A stretch of 64,000 nt of DNA from Thermoanaerobaculales bacterium (GCA_036351195.1 JAZBOQ010000126.1:8059-72058); one strand, 5' to 3'. Shown: positions 1-8,916, counted from the stretch's first letter. Notes: generated by a model from the sequence alone, not told the origin. Made by a program: numbers and translations.

Positions 1-3000
1 GCCGGCGTCGATCTTCTCGGCGCGTTACCTCGACGACTCGACGGTCCGGTTGGAGCGTCGCTACGCCGACTACACGTTCCCGGCCTGGGTCCAGGGCGTC
101 GACTTCAGCGCCTTTTCGACCCCGGTCGCGACCGTTCCGGCGGGCGACCTCCCGGATCTGGTGACGGCCCCCGACGGTTACAGCCTGGCACCGGGCGAGA
201 GCTTGGTGGTGACCTTCCAGGTTGTGGTGGATGCCGATCTCGATCCGTCCGTGACAGAGATCGTCAACACCGCTTCGAGCTTGACCGACCAGAATCCGGT
301 TGCCACCAACGCAACGGTCACGGATCAGGTGATTCGCGCCGGTGTGCTGGTGACCCCAGGCAACGCAGGATTCGGCCCTGCCGGGAGCACGGTCACCTAC
401 AGTCACGAGGTCGTTAACAACGGTCCCGACGTCGACTCCTTCGAACTTACTCCCTACAGCGACCCCGGTCACCGGGTAGAACTCATCGACCCGGCCACGG
501 GAGCGGTCTTGGCGGTTGACGATGATGGAGACGGGCTGTGGGACGGAGGCACAGCGATCAACACCGGATCGATGGCCGTTGGTGAGTCGAAGGCCTACAA
601 CATCCGGGTGACGATTCCTCCGGGGACGACAGCGGGTAGTTCACTTTCCTCGGGTCTGACGGCCACTTCGGTTCGTGTGCCGACGGTTTCGTCGACGGCC
701 TACGACGAGACGCTGGTTGTGGACGACTTCGGGGAGGTCATCGTCACCCCCGACAACAGCGGAAGCATCGAAACGGTTCCGGGTACAGTTGTTTACCCAC
801 ACCACGTGATCAACAACACGGGGGTCGCCGACGTCTTCGATCTGAGCGTCTTCGACTCGCAGTCCGCTTCCGGGTGGTCCTCGACCATCCACTGGGACAC
901 CAACGGCGACGGTGTCTACACACCTGGAACGGATCTCGAGATCGCCAATACGGCGCAGCTGGACGATGGTGAGTCGCAGTTGATCTTCGTGGTGGTGACG
1001 GCCGATGGAGCTCAGGCGCCGGGTGATGTGAACGTCAGCAGTCTGGGGGCCGTTTCGCGGACCAATCCGACGGCCTGGCTCGACGGCGCCACCGACACCA
1101 CCACGGTTCAGGGCGGAACATTGGACTTCGACCTCACCGGCGGCGGCACCCGCCTGGTCGAACCGGGCGATACTGCCGTCTTCCCGGGACGCCTTCGAAA
1201 CCTCGGCGACGCCGCCGATACCTACGAGATGACCATCACACCGTCGCCGAACTTCGGCATCGACGGGTTTGACCACACCACTCAACTTGTCGTCGGTGGC
1301 GTGGTGGTTGCGGAGGATGAAGACGGCGACGGTAATTGGGACACCATCGACCCGGCCTACGGCGCCGGGCCCAACGGCGGTCCCATTCTCCCGGTCCCGG
1401 CGGGCGGGACCCTGTTGTACGACTTGGTGCGGCCGGTGGATGGGAATCAGCGGCCCTACCACGATCCGGTGACGCTGACCGCGCAGTCCCAGGCCTCAGG
1501 AGGCTGGGACAGCGTGACCGCCACCAACATCCTGCTCGCCGAGAGCCGGGCCGTATTGGCGGGCCTCGAGAGCTACTCGACGGGTGGGCGCGTCGTGGTT
1601 GAGTGGGTCACCACCGCCGAGATCGGAACGGTGGGCTTTGATCTGTACCGGCGTGCCGAAAGCGGTCCGAGCTTCATCAAGCTCAACCACCGGCTGCTGC
1701 AGGGCGTATTCGACGTTTCCCAGGGCGGCGTCTACCGATTCGTGGACGAAAAGGCATCCCCGGGCATGGACCTGGAGTACCTGCTCGTCGAGAGAGATGT
1801 CTGGGGAGACGAGGCGTCGTTCGGTCCCATCGCGACCACCGCGAAGGAGCTCGACGACGAGGACGAGCGACGATCCGCTGCCGTGTGGGACTCGGGTTAT
1901 GAAGCCGCGGCGCGTTCAGAGCGATTCAGAGAACCGGTGGAGATCGCCGGTGGACACGAGGCGTTGCCAGCCGACCGGATGAAGGTCGCCGTCGATCGTA
2001 TCGGTCTCGTCAGACTCGATGTCGACGATGTCGCTCAGGCTCTCGGTGTGGATGCCGGGAAGGCGGCCCACCTCATCGAGACCGGAGACTTCAGGATGAC
2101 CCTGGGCGGCGACGAGGTGGCCTGGATGCCCGAGGAGGGGGGCGGCGGCCTCTTCTTCTTCGGCGAGGCCAATGACAGCATCTACACCCGGGACAACGTC
2201 TACCTGCTCGAGGCAGTCGCCGGCTCGACCATGAACGCGACGGCCGGTGACCCCCAGAAGCCCCAGCCCGGTGGACTTTTCAACGAGTCGCTGCACGTGG
2301 AGCAGGAGCACTTCCCGGTGACCGCGGTGGTCACCGACCCGGAGGGCGACTTCTGGATGTGGGATCTGATGTACGTCGACAGCCCGGTCCCCGTGTCCAA
2401 GAGCTTCAACTTCCACGTTCCTGCGCCGGTCGCGGTGGAGAGCAGGGCGGCGATCACGGTTCACCTCCACGGAGCTCTGAACTCCGACGTTGCGTCCAAC
2501 CACCTGGCGCGAGTCCATCTCAACGGCCGGGAGCTCGGCACGGTGAGCTGGGAGGACCTCGACCCGGTCTCCGCGACCTTCCGGTTTCCGCAAGAGCTGC
2601 TCGTTGATGGGACCAACACCCTCGAGATCGATGCCGAGCTGGTTCCGGGAGTCGATGAGGATCTGATCCTTGTCGACGCCTTTGATGTGGTGTACAAGCG
2701 GGGGCTGGAAGCCGCCGCCGACCAGCTGCTGCTCAGCGGGCGCGGCGGCAGGGTAACGACCGTCACCGGTTTCACGGATCCCGAGATCATGGTCCTCGAC
2801 CTCACCGACCGCTTGCAGCCGTTCGTCCTCACCGGGACGACCATCGAGCGGCACGAGGGCGGCTTCAGTGTCACCTTCGTCCCGCCGGGCTCAGGTGAGA
2901 TTCTGGCGGTGGCCACCAGTTCGGCCGCTGGTCCGCACTGGATGACGCCGGACCAACCATCGGATCTGAGATCGGCGGCCAACGCGGCCGAGCACCTCGT

Positions 3001-4027
3001 CATCGCCGGGCCGGGGTTGGCCGACTCCGCCCAGGCCCTTGCCGATCATCGGACGGCCTACGGACTCCTCAGCCGGGTCGTGCGCATCGAGGACGTTTAC
3101 GACGAGTTCAACCACGGCATGGCAAGCCCCTGGGCGATTCGAGACTTCCTCCAGCTCGCCTGGACCACGTGGTCGGTGAGGCCGCGGTTCGTCGCGCTGG
3201 CGGGTGACGGGTCCCTGGACTACATCGACCGGCTCGGAGGGCACGAGAACCTGATCCCGGCGCCCCAGGTGAGCACGGAGCTCGGCCTCTTCGGTTCGGA
3301 CCAGCCGTTGGCGGACTTCGACGACGACGGCGACCCCGAGGTGGCTCTTGGTCGCCTTCCGGTGCATGATGCGGCCGAGCTGAGGACCATCATCGACAAG
3401 ATCATCGCGGCGGAGACCGCCGACCGGTGGTGGCGCTACACCACTCTTTGGGTTGCCGATGCGGCGGACGAAGGCGGCGAGTTCAGCGGCGATCTCGACG
3501 CCGTTCTCGATCTCCTCGGTCCGAGGTTCACGACCACCCGCATCGATCTGGATGTGACCGGGATCGGTCTTGGCCGCCAGCTGTTGAGCCAACGGTTCGA
3601 CCGCGGCGCGGCGCTCGTCGGTTTCCTCGGTCACGCCGGCATGGACCGGTTGGGTAACCACGGTGTGCTGACAACCGCGGACGTGGGGATGCTTGCCAAT
3701 GACGAGCGGATTCCCGTCGTGACCGCGTTCACCTGCGTCGCGGGTCGATTCGACTTGCCGCTTTACGACACCCTCGCCGAGACAATTCTCCTTCGTGAGG
3801 GTGGTGGTGCAGGGGCCGTTTTCGCACCCGTAGGCCTGACGATGAACGACGACACGGCCATGGTTGGGCAGCAGTTGGTTCGGGTGATCACCAAGAAGCC
3901 GGGCATTCGCATCGGCGATGCTACCCGCAGGGCCCTGTGGCGGTACGTGCGAACCGACGGCGCCGATCCCACGGTGGCCCGGCTCTTCGTCCTGCTCGGC
4001 GATCCGGCATTCGACCCGGGCTGGTAG
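1..4027 (+). CDS. Giant secreted DUF11-repeat protein with a C-terminal peptidase C25 (gingipain-like cysteine peptidase) domain; the 5' end runs off the window
   Basis: The frame is open from nt 2, with no stop before the track's TTG at 50, so the N-terminus is missing. The N-terminal half has repeated modules of the DUF11 / conserved-repeat-domain type (VTPGNAGFGPAGSTVTYSHEVVNNGPDVDSFEL; VTPDNSGSIETVPGTVVYPHHVINNTGVADVFDL; TGGGTRLVEPGDTAVFPGRLRNLGDAADTYEM). The C-terminal part has a C25-like His/Cys dyad context (FLGHAGMDRLG ... VVTAFTCVAGRFD). Stop TAG at 4025-4027. Confidence 0.7.
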   Translation, partial: PASIFSARYLDDSTVRLERRYADYTFPAWVQGVDFSAFSTPVATVPAGDLPDLVTAPDGYSLAPGESLVVTFQVVVDADLDPSVTEIVNTASSLTDQNPVATNATVTDQVIRAGVLVTPGNAGFGPAGSTVTYSHEVVNNGPDVDSFELTPYSDPGHRVELIDPATGAVLAVDDDGDGLWDGGTAINTGSMAVGESKAYNIRVTIPPGTTAGSSLSSGLTATSVRVPTVSSTAYDETLVVDDFGEVIVTPDNSGSIETVPGTVVYPHHVINNTGVADVFDLSVFDSQSASGWSSTIHWDTNGDGVYTPGTDLEIANTAQLDDGESQLIFVVVTADGAQAPGDVNVSSLGAVSRTNPTAWLDGATDTTTVQGGTLDFDLTGGGTRLVEPGDTAVFPGRLRNLGDAADTYEMTITPSPNFGIDGFDHTTQLVVGGVVVAEDEDGDGNWDTIDPAYGAGPNGGPILPVPAGGTLLYDLVRPVDGNQRPYHDPVTLTAQSQASGGWDSVTATNILLAESRAVLAGLESYSTGGRVVVEWVTTAEIGTVGFDLYRRAESGPSFIKLNHRLLQGVFDVSQGGVYRFVDEKASPGMDLEYLLVERDVWGDEASFGPIATTAKELDDEDERRSAAVWDSGYEAAARSERFREPVEIAGGHEALPADRMKVAVDRIGLVRLDVDDVAQALGVDAGKAAHLIETGDFRMTLGGDEVAWMPEEGGGGLFFFGEANDSIYTRDNVYLLEAVAGSTMNATAGDPQKPQPGGLFNESLHVEQEHFPVTAVVTDPEGDFWMWDLMYVDSPVPVSKSFNFHVPAPVAVESRAAITVHLHGALNSDVASNHLARVHLNGRELGTVSWEDLDPVSATFRFPQELLVDGTNTLEIDAELVPGVDEDLILVDAFDVVYKRGLEAAADQLLLSGRGGRVTTVTGFTDPEIMVLDLTDRLQPFVLTGTTIERHEGGFSVTFVPPGSGEILAVATSSAAGPHWMTPDQPSDLRSAANAAEHLVIAGPGLADSAQALADHRTAYGLLSRVVRIEDVYDEFNHGMASPWAIRDFLQLAWTTWSVRPRFVALAGDGSLDYIDRLGGHENLIPAPQVSTELGLFGSDQPLADFDDDGDPEVALGRLPVHDAAELRTIIDKIIAAETADRWWRYTTLWVADAADEGGEFSGDLDAVLDLLGPRFTTTRIDLDVTGIGLGRQLLSQRFDRGAALVGFLGHAGMDRLGNHGVLTTADVGMLANDERIPVVTAFTCVAGRFDLPLYDTLAETILLREGGGAGAVFAPVGLTMNDDTAMVGQQLVRVITKKPGIRIGDATRRALWRYVRTDGADPTVARLFVLLGDPAFDPGW

Positions 4028-4033
4028 GCGTCG

Positions 4034-5158
4034 GTGAATCAACCTGGCTGGATGAGTCGTTTCGGGGCCGAGGTCGCTCGGCGAAGGGTCCCCATTTCGG
4101 TGACCCTCGAGCTGACTCGGCGGTGCAACCTGCGATGCGTCCACTGCTATCTCGGGTCGCAGGAGGTGGTCCGCGAGTCGCGCGAGCAGGAGATGACGAC
4201 CGAGCAGATCTTGTCGGTCATCGACCAGGCGGTGGAGGCGGGGTGTTTGTACCTGCTCATCACCGGTGGTGATCCCATGATGCGGCGGGATTTTGCCGAG
4301 ATCTACCGGCACGCGAGACAGAGCGGTCTCGTGGTGACTGTCTTCGCCGACGGTGTGCTCGTCACCGACGCCGTTGTGGAGCTCTTCCGTGAGCTTCCGC
4401 CGCGGATGGTGGAGATCAGCCTCTATGGCGCCACCGCGGAGACCTACGAGACCGTAACGCGTGTCGAGGGCTCGTACGACAAGTGCCTGAGGGGCGTGCA
4501 CCGGCTGCTGGATGCGGGCATCGAGGTGGGTTTCAAGACGGTGCTTATGACCGTCAATCAGCACGAGCTCGAGGCCATGAGGACCCTGGCGGAGGATCTC
4601 GGCGTGGATTTCCGGATCGACGCCGCCATCTTCCCGTGCCTTTCCGACGGCAATCGGGATCCGCTCGCTCTCCGCGTGGCGCCTGCCGTCGGTGTCGACG
4701 GTGAACTCGCGGCGCCCGGCGCCGTGTCCAAGCTCCGGGAGTACGTGGAGAAGAGATCGGATATACCCGTATCCGACCGGCTCTACGGATGCGGGGCCGG
4801 GGTCACCGGGTTCTCGGTCGATCCCTACGGTTGGGCTTCGCCCTGCCTCATGGCCACACACGTGCGGGCAAACCTGTTGGAGCGTGGCCTGAACGAGGTG
4901 TGGAACGACGACTTGAAGATGGTGATGGACCGACCGGCGCCGGCGGGATATGCGTGCTCGAGCTGCGAGATGCGCGTCGCATGTATGGTCTGTCCCGCAT
5001 TCAATTATCTGGAGACCGGTTCAGAGGACGTGCCATCGGAGTACCTCTGCGCCGCAACTGCCATTCGGTGGAAGCGAATCAACGACGCGAACCCCGGTGG
5101 AGTGGACTGCGACATTCGTACGGCCACCGGAGAGATCTGGGAGGGTTCCACGGAATGA
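4034..5158 (+). CDS. Radical SAM / SPASM-domain peptide maturase
   Basis: Has the CxxxCxxC cluster motif (RRCNLRCVHCY) near the N-terminus. The C-terminal SPASM cysteines are CGAGVTGFSVDPYGWASPC (CX12GX4C) and CSSCEMRVACMVC (CX2CX5CX2C), plus a later Cys in EYLCAA. The GTG at 4034 lies 6 nt after the upstream stop; an alternative ATG is at 4052. Confidence 0.85.
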   Translation: MNQPGWMSRFGAEVARRRVPISVTLELTRRCNLRCVHCYLGSQEVVRESREQEMTTEQILSVIDQAVEAGCLYLLITGGDPMMRRDFAEIYRHARQSGLVVTVFADGVLVTDAVVELFRELPPRMVEISLYGATAETYETVTRVEGSYDKCLRGVHRLLDAGIEVGFKTVLMTVNQHELEAMRTLAEDLGVDFRIDAAIFPCLSDGNRDPLALRVAPAVGVDGELAAPGAVSKLREYVEKRSDIPVSDRLYGCGAGVTGFSVDPYGWASPCLMATHVRANLLERGLNEVWNDDLKMVMDRPAPAGYACSSCEMRVACMVCPAFNYLETGSEDVPSEYLCAATAIRWKRINDANPGGVDCDIRTATGEIWEGSTE

Positions 5159-5334
5159 GAAACCGTGTGAAGAAGAGCGAGAAGAAGAATCGACGCGAAT
5201 ATCGCCGGCCGGAGCTGAGATCCATCGACCTCGTTGCCGACGAGGTTCTTTCGGTCGGCTGCAAGTTGGCCAACAGCGGTGGACCGATTAGCAAGACCTG
5301 CAGCCTGTCGAGCTGTTCAGGCGTTGGGTCCTGA
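5155..5334 (+). CDS. Candidate RiPP precursor peptide (59 aa, 3 Cys, C-terminal Ser)
   Basis: Not listed separately in the track; it is hidden in the tail of ORF 4789..5334. The ATG at 5155-5157 overlaps the maturase stop TGA at 5156-5158 (ATGA). A GGGAGGG Shine-Dalgarno sits at 5139-5145. Sequence: MRNRVKKSEKKNRREYRRPELRSIDLVADEVLSVGCKLANSGGPISKTCSLSSCSGVGS. The N-half is basic and leader-like; the C-half is Cys/Ser/Gly-rich (Cys36, Cys49, Cys54). Confidence 0.6.
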   Translation: MRNRVKKSEKKNRREYRRPELRSIDLVADEVLSVGCKLANSGGPISKTCSLSSCSGVGS

Positions 5335-5360
5335 ACGAGTTGGGCCGAGGCCCCCTGGAA

Positions 5361-5654
5361 ATGAATACGCTCGAACCCCGGCCCGGAATCGTGGTTCGTC
5401 GGATCGCCGACGAGGTGTTGCTGGTCCCCACGACGGGCGAGTTGGCCGGGCTGCAGAAGATCTTCGTGCTCGACGAGGTGGGTTGTTTTATCTGGGAGCG
5501 GCTCGATGGTCGACGGAGCCTCGAGGAGATTTCCCGGCTCATCGCCGGGGAGTTCGCGGTCGAAGAGGACCGGGCGCACGCGGACGTTCTGGACTTCACT
5601 GGCGCACTGACCGATGCGGGTTTGGTCGTGTCGAGGGCGCCGGTTGACGATTGA
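5361..5654 (+). CDS. PqqD-family protein (stand-alone RiPP recognition element)
   Basis: 97 aa. IVVRRIADEVLLVPTTGELAGLQKIFVLDEVGCFIWERLDGRRSLEEISRLIAGEF...VLDFTGALTDAGLV is a typical PqqD/RRE pattern. The ATG at 5361 is 27 nt after the peptide stop; the track's TTG at 5340 is less likely. Confidence 0.75.
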   Translation: MNTLEPRPGIVVRRIADEVLLVPTTGELAGLQKIFVLDEVGCFIWERLDGRRSLEEISRLIAGEFAVEEDRAHADVLDFTGALTDAGLVVSRAPVDD

Positions 5655-5658
5655 AACG

Positions 5659-6579
5659 ATGGTGGACACGCTCGTTCAGCTCTCCATCGCCGACGTGACG
5701 TTGACGGCGGTGGGCGATTCCCGATCGGTGCACATCGAAAAGGACTCGGATTTCTACGCGGCCTTTCTCGGCGGGCGCGGCGATCCCGGCAACGCTGTAG
5801 AGTTCGTCTTCGAGCTGCAGACCGACAGGCCTCCAGAGCCTGGGGTGCTTCCGATGGTCTTCGACACCGGCGAAGCGTGGAAGGTCTACCGCGACGGACC
5901 GGATACGCTGATCGCCATGCCGGCTCCCAGAGGGGTCGACGGTCATCTCTGGGTGGTCCGTCTCAACCAGGAGAATCGACATCACCAGCTCTACGTTGGG
6001 CCGGCTCTGGTGCGCCATGAGGCGGGTCGGCGGGTGATCGAGAACCCGCTGCGCTATCCGCTCGATCAGATTCTGATGATGTACCTCATGGCGCAACACC
6101 GGTGCCTTATCCTGCACGCCGCGGGGATCTGCCGCGGGGGCCTCGGCGTACTATTCTCCGGCGTTTCCGGCGCGGGGAAGAGCACGCTCTCCGGCCTGCT
6201 CGAAGGGCTCGACGACACCGTGCACCTCAGCGACGACCGGGTCGTGGCCCGGAAGGTGCGAGACGGCATCCGTGTCTACGGCACACCGTGGCCCGGCGAG
6301 GCCATGGTTGCCGCCGACGAGAGCGCACCACTCGGCGCGGTCGTGCTCTTACGTCAGGCGGCTCACCACGAGCTCACGCGACTCGAACCGGTCGAGGCTC
6401 TCAAACGTCTGCTCCCGATGGCTTCCATCCTCTGGTACGACTCGGTCCGCGCCGATGCCGCTCTCGGCTGGTGCGACGAGCTCCTGCGGTCGGTGCGCGC
6501 CTACGAACTGGCTTTCGCCAGAGATGAGCGTGTCAGGGCCGTGGTCGAAGACCTCTTTGACGAGCTCTCGGCTTCCTGA
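5659..6579 (+). CDS. HPr kinase/phosphorylase C-terminal-domain-like P-loop protein (HprK-related)
   Basis: Has the P-loop GVSGAGKST followed by HLSDDRVV, matching the HprK pattern G.SG.GKS ... LV.DD.V. The ATG at 5659 is 5 nt after the PqqD stop (5652-5654). Confidence 0.65.
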   Translation: MVDTLVQLSIADVTLTAVGDSRSVHIEKDSDFYAAFLGGRGDPGNAVEFVFELQTDRPPEPGVLPMVFDTGEAWKVYRDGPDTLIAMPAPRGVDGHLWVVRLNQENRHHQLYVGPALVRHEAGRRVIENPLRYPLDQILMMYLMAQHRCLILHAAGICRGGLGVLFSGVSGAGKSTLSGLLEGLDDTVHLSDDRVVARKVRDGIRVYGTPWPGEAMVAADESAPLGAVVLLRQAAHHELTRLEPVEALKRLLPMASILWYDSVRADAALGWCDELLRSVRAYELAFARDERVRAVVEDLFDELSAS

Positions 6580-6621
6580 GGAGTAGTCATTGCCCTCTCG
6601 CCGTGGTTCAATGACCCCGAC

Positions 6622-8874
6622 ATGACCCACACCCACGACAGTCCGATCGACGCCGACACGATCCTCGCCTCCATCCGCCGCCGCGGGCGCGGGGGCATGA
6701 ACATGCAGATGCTGGTGGCGGAGACCGTCGACCGGTTGGGCATCGGCCGCTCGGAGGCGAGGCGGGTGCTGCGTCGGCCGCTTCGCGAGCTCCAACAGCG
6801 AGGCGCGATCGTTCTCGGACGCGGCAAGCGGTACTTCGTCACCGAGGTTTCGAATCTCCACCCCGGCCGCTATCGGCGGATGTCCGGCGGCGGGTTCGTG
6901 GTGGACCTGAACGCGGCGGACGGCGCTCCGGTGTGGATCCCGCCCAGCGGCCGGCGGGGCGCGCTGCACGGCGATGCGGTGCTTGTCCGCCTCGAATCGC
7001 CGCACAAACGAGCCCGGATGCTCGGTCTGCGGGAGGGCGTGGTGGTGCGCATCGTCGAGCGCCGGACCACCGAAGTGGTGGGGGTTTGGGACGAGGAGGG
7101 CGGCAGGAGCCAGGTTCGGCCGCTGGGTCGCGGGCAGAAGTTCACGGTGGAGGTGACGGCCTCGAAGGTGAAGGGCACGCCGCACGACGGCGAGCTCGTG
7201 GTTGTCACCGTGGACAACGTGGACTCCAAAGGCCGGCACGCCCGGGGTGTGCTGCTGGATCGCCTCGGCAAGCCCGAAGAGGCCGGTGCGGTGGATCGGG
7301 CGGTGCTGCGGCTGTTCGGTATCGACGAGGTCTTCAACCCGGAGGTGGAGGCAGAGGCAGACGCCCTTCCGGGAGAGATCGGCGCAGCCGAGCTGACCGG
7401 CCGTTGGGACCTTCGCGACCGGCCCGCCATCACCATCGACGGCCGCACCGCCCGCGATTTCGACGACGCGGTGAGCGCGCGGCGGGTGGGGAAGAACGAC
7501 ATCGAGGTCGAGGTCCACATCGCCGACGTGAGCCACTACGTGCGATCAGGAACGCTGCTCGACCGAGAGGCCCGCCGCCGGTCCACCAGCGTCTACCTGC
7601 CGGGGCTGTGCGTGCCCATGCTGCCGGAGCGGCTGTCCAACGACCTCTGCTCGCTGCGTGAGGGCGTGGATCGCCTGACCTTCAGCGTCCGCTTCCGGGT
7701 GGGGCCGGATGGGCGGGTCGGTGCGGCGAAGGCGAAGCGGTCGGTGATTCGCTCGCGGCGCCGGTGCACCTACCTGGAGGTCTTCGACTGGCTGCTGCGG
7801 CCCCGGGCCGAGTGGCCGCCGGAGACCGAGGGCTTCGCCGATTCGCTGGAGCTGCTCGCCGAGGCGGCGGAGCGGCTGGGTGCGGCGCGAAAGGTCAGGG
7901 GCAGCCTCGACTTCGACCTGGCCGAGCCGGTGCTGATCCTCGACCCCGAGGGCCGGGTGGAGTCCATCGCGCCGAGTGCCCGCAACCGGGCCCACCGGCT
8001 CATCGAGGAGCTCATGGTCACCGCCAACATCGCGGTGGCGAGGTTGATCGTGGCGGCGGATCAGCCGTGTCTGCACCGGGTGCACGACGAGCCCGATCCG
8101 GCCAAGATCGAAACCCTGGGCGAGGTGGTCAAGGAGCTCGGCCTGCGTCTCGACAGCGGTGGGGACGAGGTCTCGCCGAACGCCCTGCAGGCCCTGCTCG
8201 AGCAGGTGGAAGGCCGGCGGGAGGAACACATGGTGGCGATGCTGGTGCTGCGCTCCATGGCGCGGGCGGTCTACAGCCACGATCCGCGCGGCCACTATGC
8301 TCTGGCCACCGACGCCTACCTCCACTTCACCTCGCCCATCCGGCGCTACCCGGATCTGGTGACCCACCGCATGTTGGACCGGCTCCTGGATCGTGGGGCG
8401 TTGAAGGGCGAGGAGCGCGACGCCGCCGAGACGGAGCTCCGCGCCCTCGGACCGGCGTGCTCGGCCCTCGAGCAGGAGGCGGAAAAGGCCGAACGGACAG
8501 CGGTGCAGTGGAAGACGGCGCTCTTTCTGCGCGATCGGGTGGGGGAGGTCTTCACCGGCCGAATCTCGGGGGTGGTGGCGTTCGGTTTCTTTGTCGAGCT
8601 CGATGATGTCTTCGCCGACGCTCTGGTCCACATCAAGGACCTGCTCGACGATTACTACGAGTTCGACGAGGCCCGCCACCGCCTGGTGGGGGAGCGGACC
8701 GGTCGAAGGTGGCGGCTCGGCGACAAGCTCGAGGTGCGGCTGACCCGGGTGGACATGGACAGCTTCCAGATTCAGGTCGTGCCGGTGGGGATCAAGCCCG
8801 ACCGGCGGGCCATGCAGGGCAAGGACCGCCGGTCGAAGACCCGCCGTCGTCCCGGCCGCCGCTCCCGAAGGTAG
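6622..8874 (+). CDS. rnr: Ribonuclease R (RNB family 3'-5' exoribonuclease with S1 domain and basic tail)
   Basis: 750 aa. Has an RNB catalytic region (ITIDGRTARDFDDAV ... HIADVSHYV ... YLHFTSPIRRYPDL), a C-terminal S1-like region (GRISGVVAFGFFVEL) and a Lys/Arg-rich tail. Confidence 0.9.
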   Translation: MTHTHDSPIDADTILASIRRRGRGGMNMQMLVAETVDRLGIGRSEARRVLRRPLRELQQRGAIVLGRGKRYFVTEVSNLHPGRYRRMSGGGFVVDLNAADGAPVWIPPSGRRGALHGDAVLVRLESPHKRARMLGLREGVVVRIVERRTTEVVGVWDEEGGRSQVRPLGRGQKFTVEVTASKVKGTPHDGELVVVTVDNVDSKGRHARGVLLDRLGKPEEAGAVDRAVLRLFGIDEVFNPEVEAEADALPGEIGAAELTGRWDLRDRPAITIDGRTARDFDDAVSARRVGKNDIEVEVHIADVSHYVRSGTLLDREARRRSTSVYLPGLCVPMLPERLSNDLCSLREGVDRLTFSVRFRVGPDGRVGAAKAKRSVIRSRRRCTYLEVFDWLLRPRAEWPPETEGFADSLELLAEAAERLGAARKVRGSLDFDLAEPVLILDPEGRVESIAPSARNRAHRLIEELMVTANIAVARLIVAADQPCLHRVHDEPDPAKIETLGEVVKELGLRLDSGGDEVSPNALQALLEQVEGRREEHMVAMLVLRSMARAVYSHDPRGHYALATDAYLHFTSPIRRYPDLVTHRMLDRLLDRGALKGEERDAAETELRALGPACSALEQEAEKAERTAVQWKTALFLRDRVGEVFTGRISGVVAFGFFVELDDVFADALVHIKDLLDDYYEFDEARHRLVGERTGRRWRLGDKLEVRLTRVDMDSFQIQVVPVGIKPDRRAMQGKDRRSKTRRRPGRRSRR

Positions 8875-8899
8875 GCGCTCGGCTTCTGGGCGCGATCCC

Positions 8900-8916
8900 G
8901 CGGGCGGGACGCCCGC
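8900..8916. repeat. REP-like hairpin GCGGGCGGGACGCCCGC (family also at 15077-15095 and 15116-15134)
   Basis: Perfect 7-bp stem with a 3-nt loop, 26 nt after the rnr stop. The same 17-19-mer recurs twice inside the 3' end of CDS 14142..15239. Confidence 0.7.

Noticed and set aside
2891-4861. 656-aa minus-strand ORF, and similar long antisense ORFs (14921..16561 -, 21048..22808 -, 24471..26318 -, 35303..36883 -, 37825..39678 +, 40315..42210 +, 44424..46949 -)
   Set aside because: Each lies opposite a gene with clear family motifs. Each has Arg/Gly/Pro/Asp-rich low-complexity translations typical of stop-poor antisense frames in GC-rich DNA. No motif was recognised in any of them.
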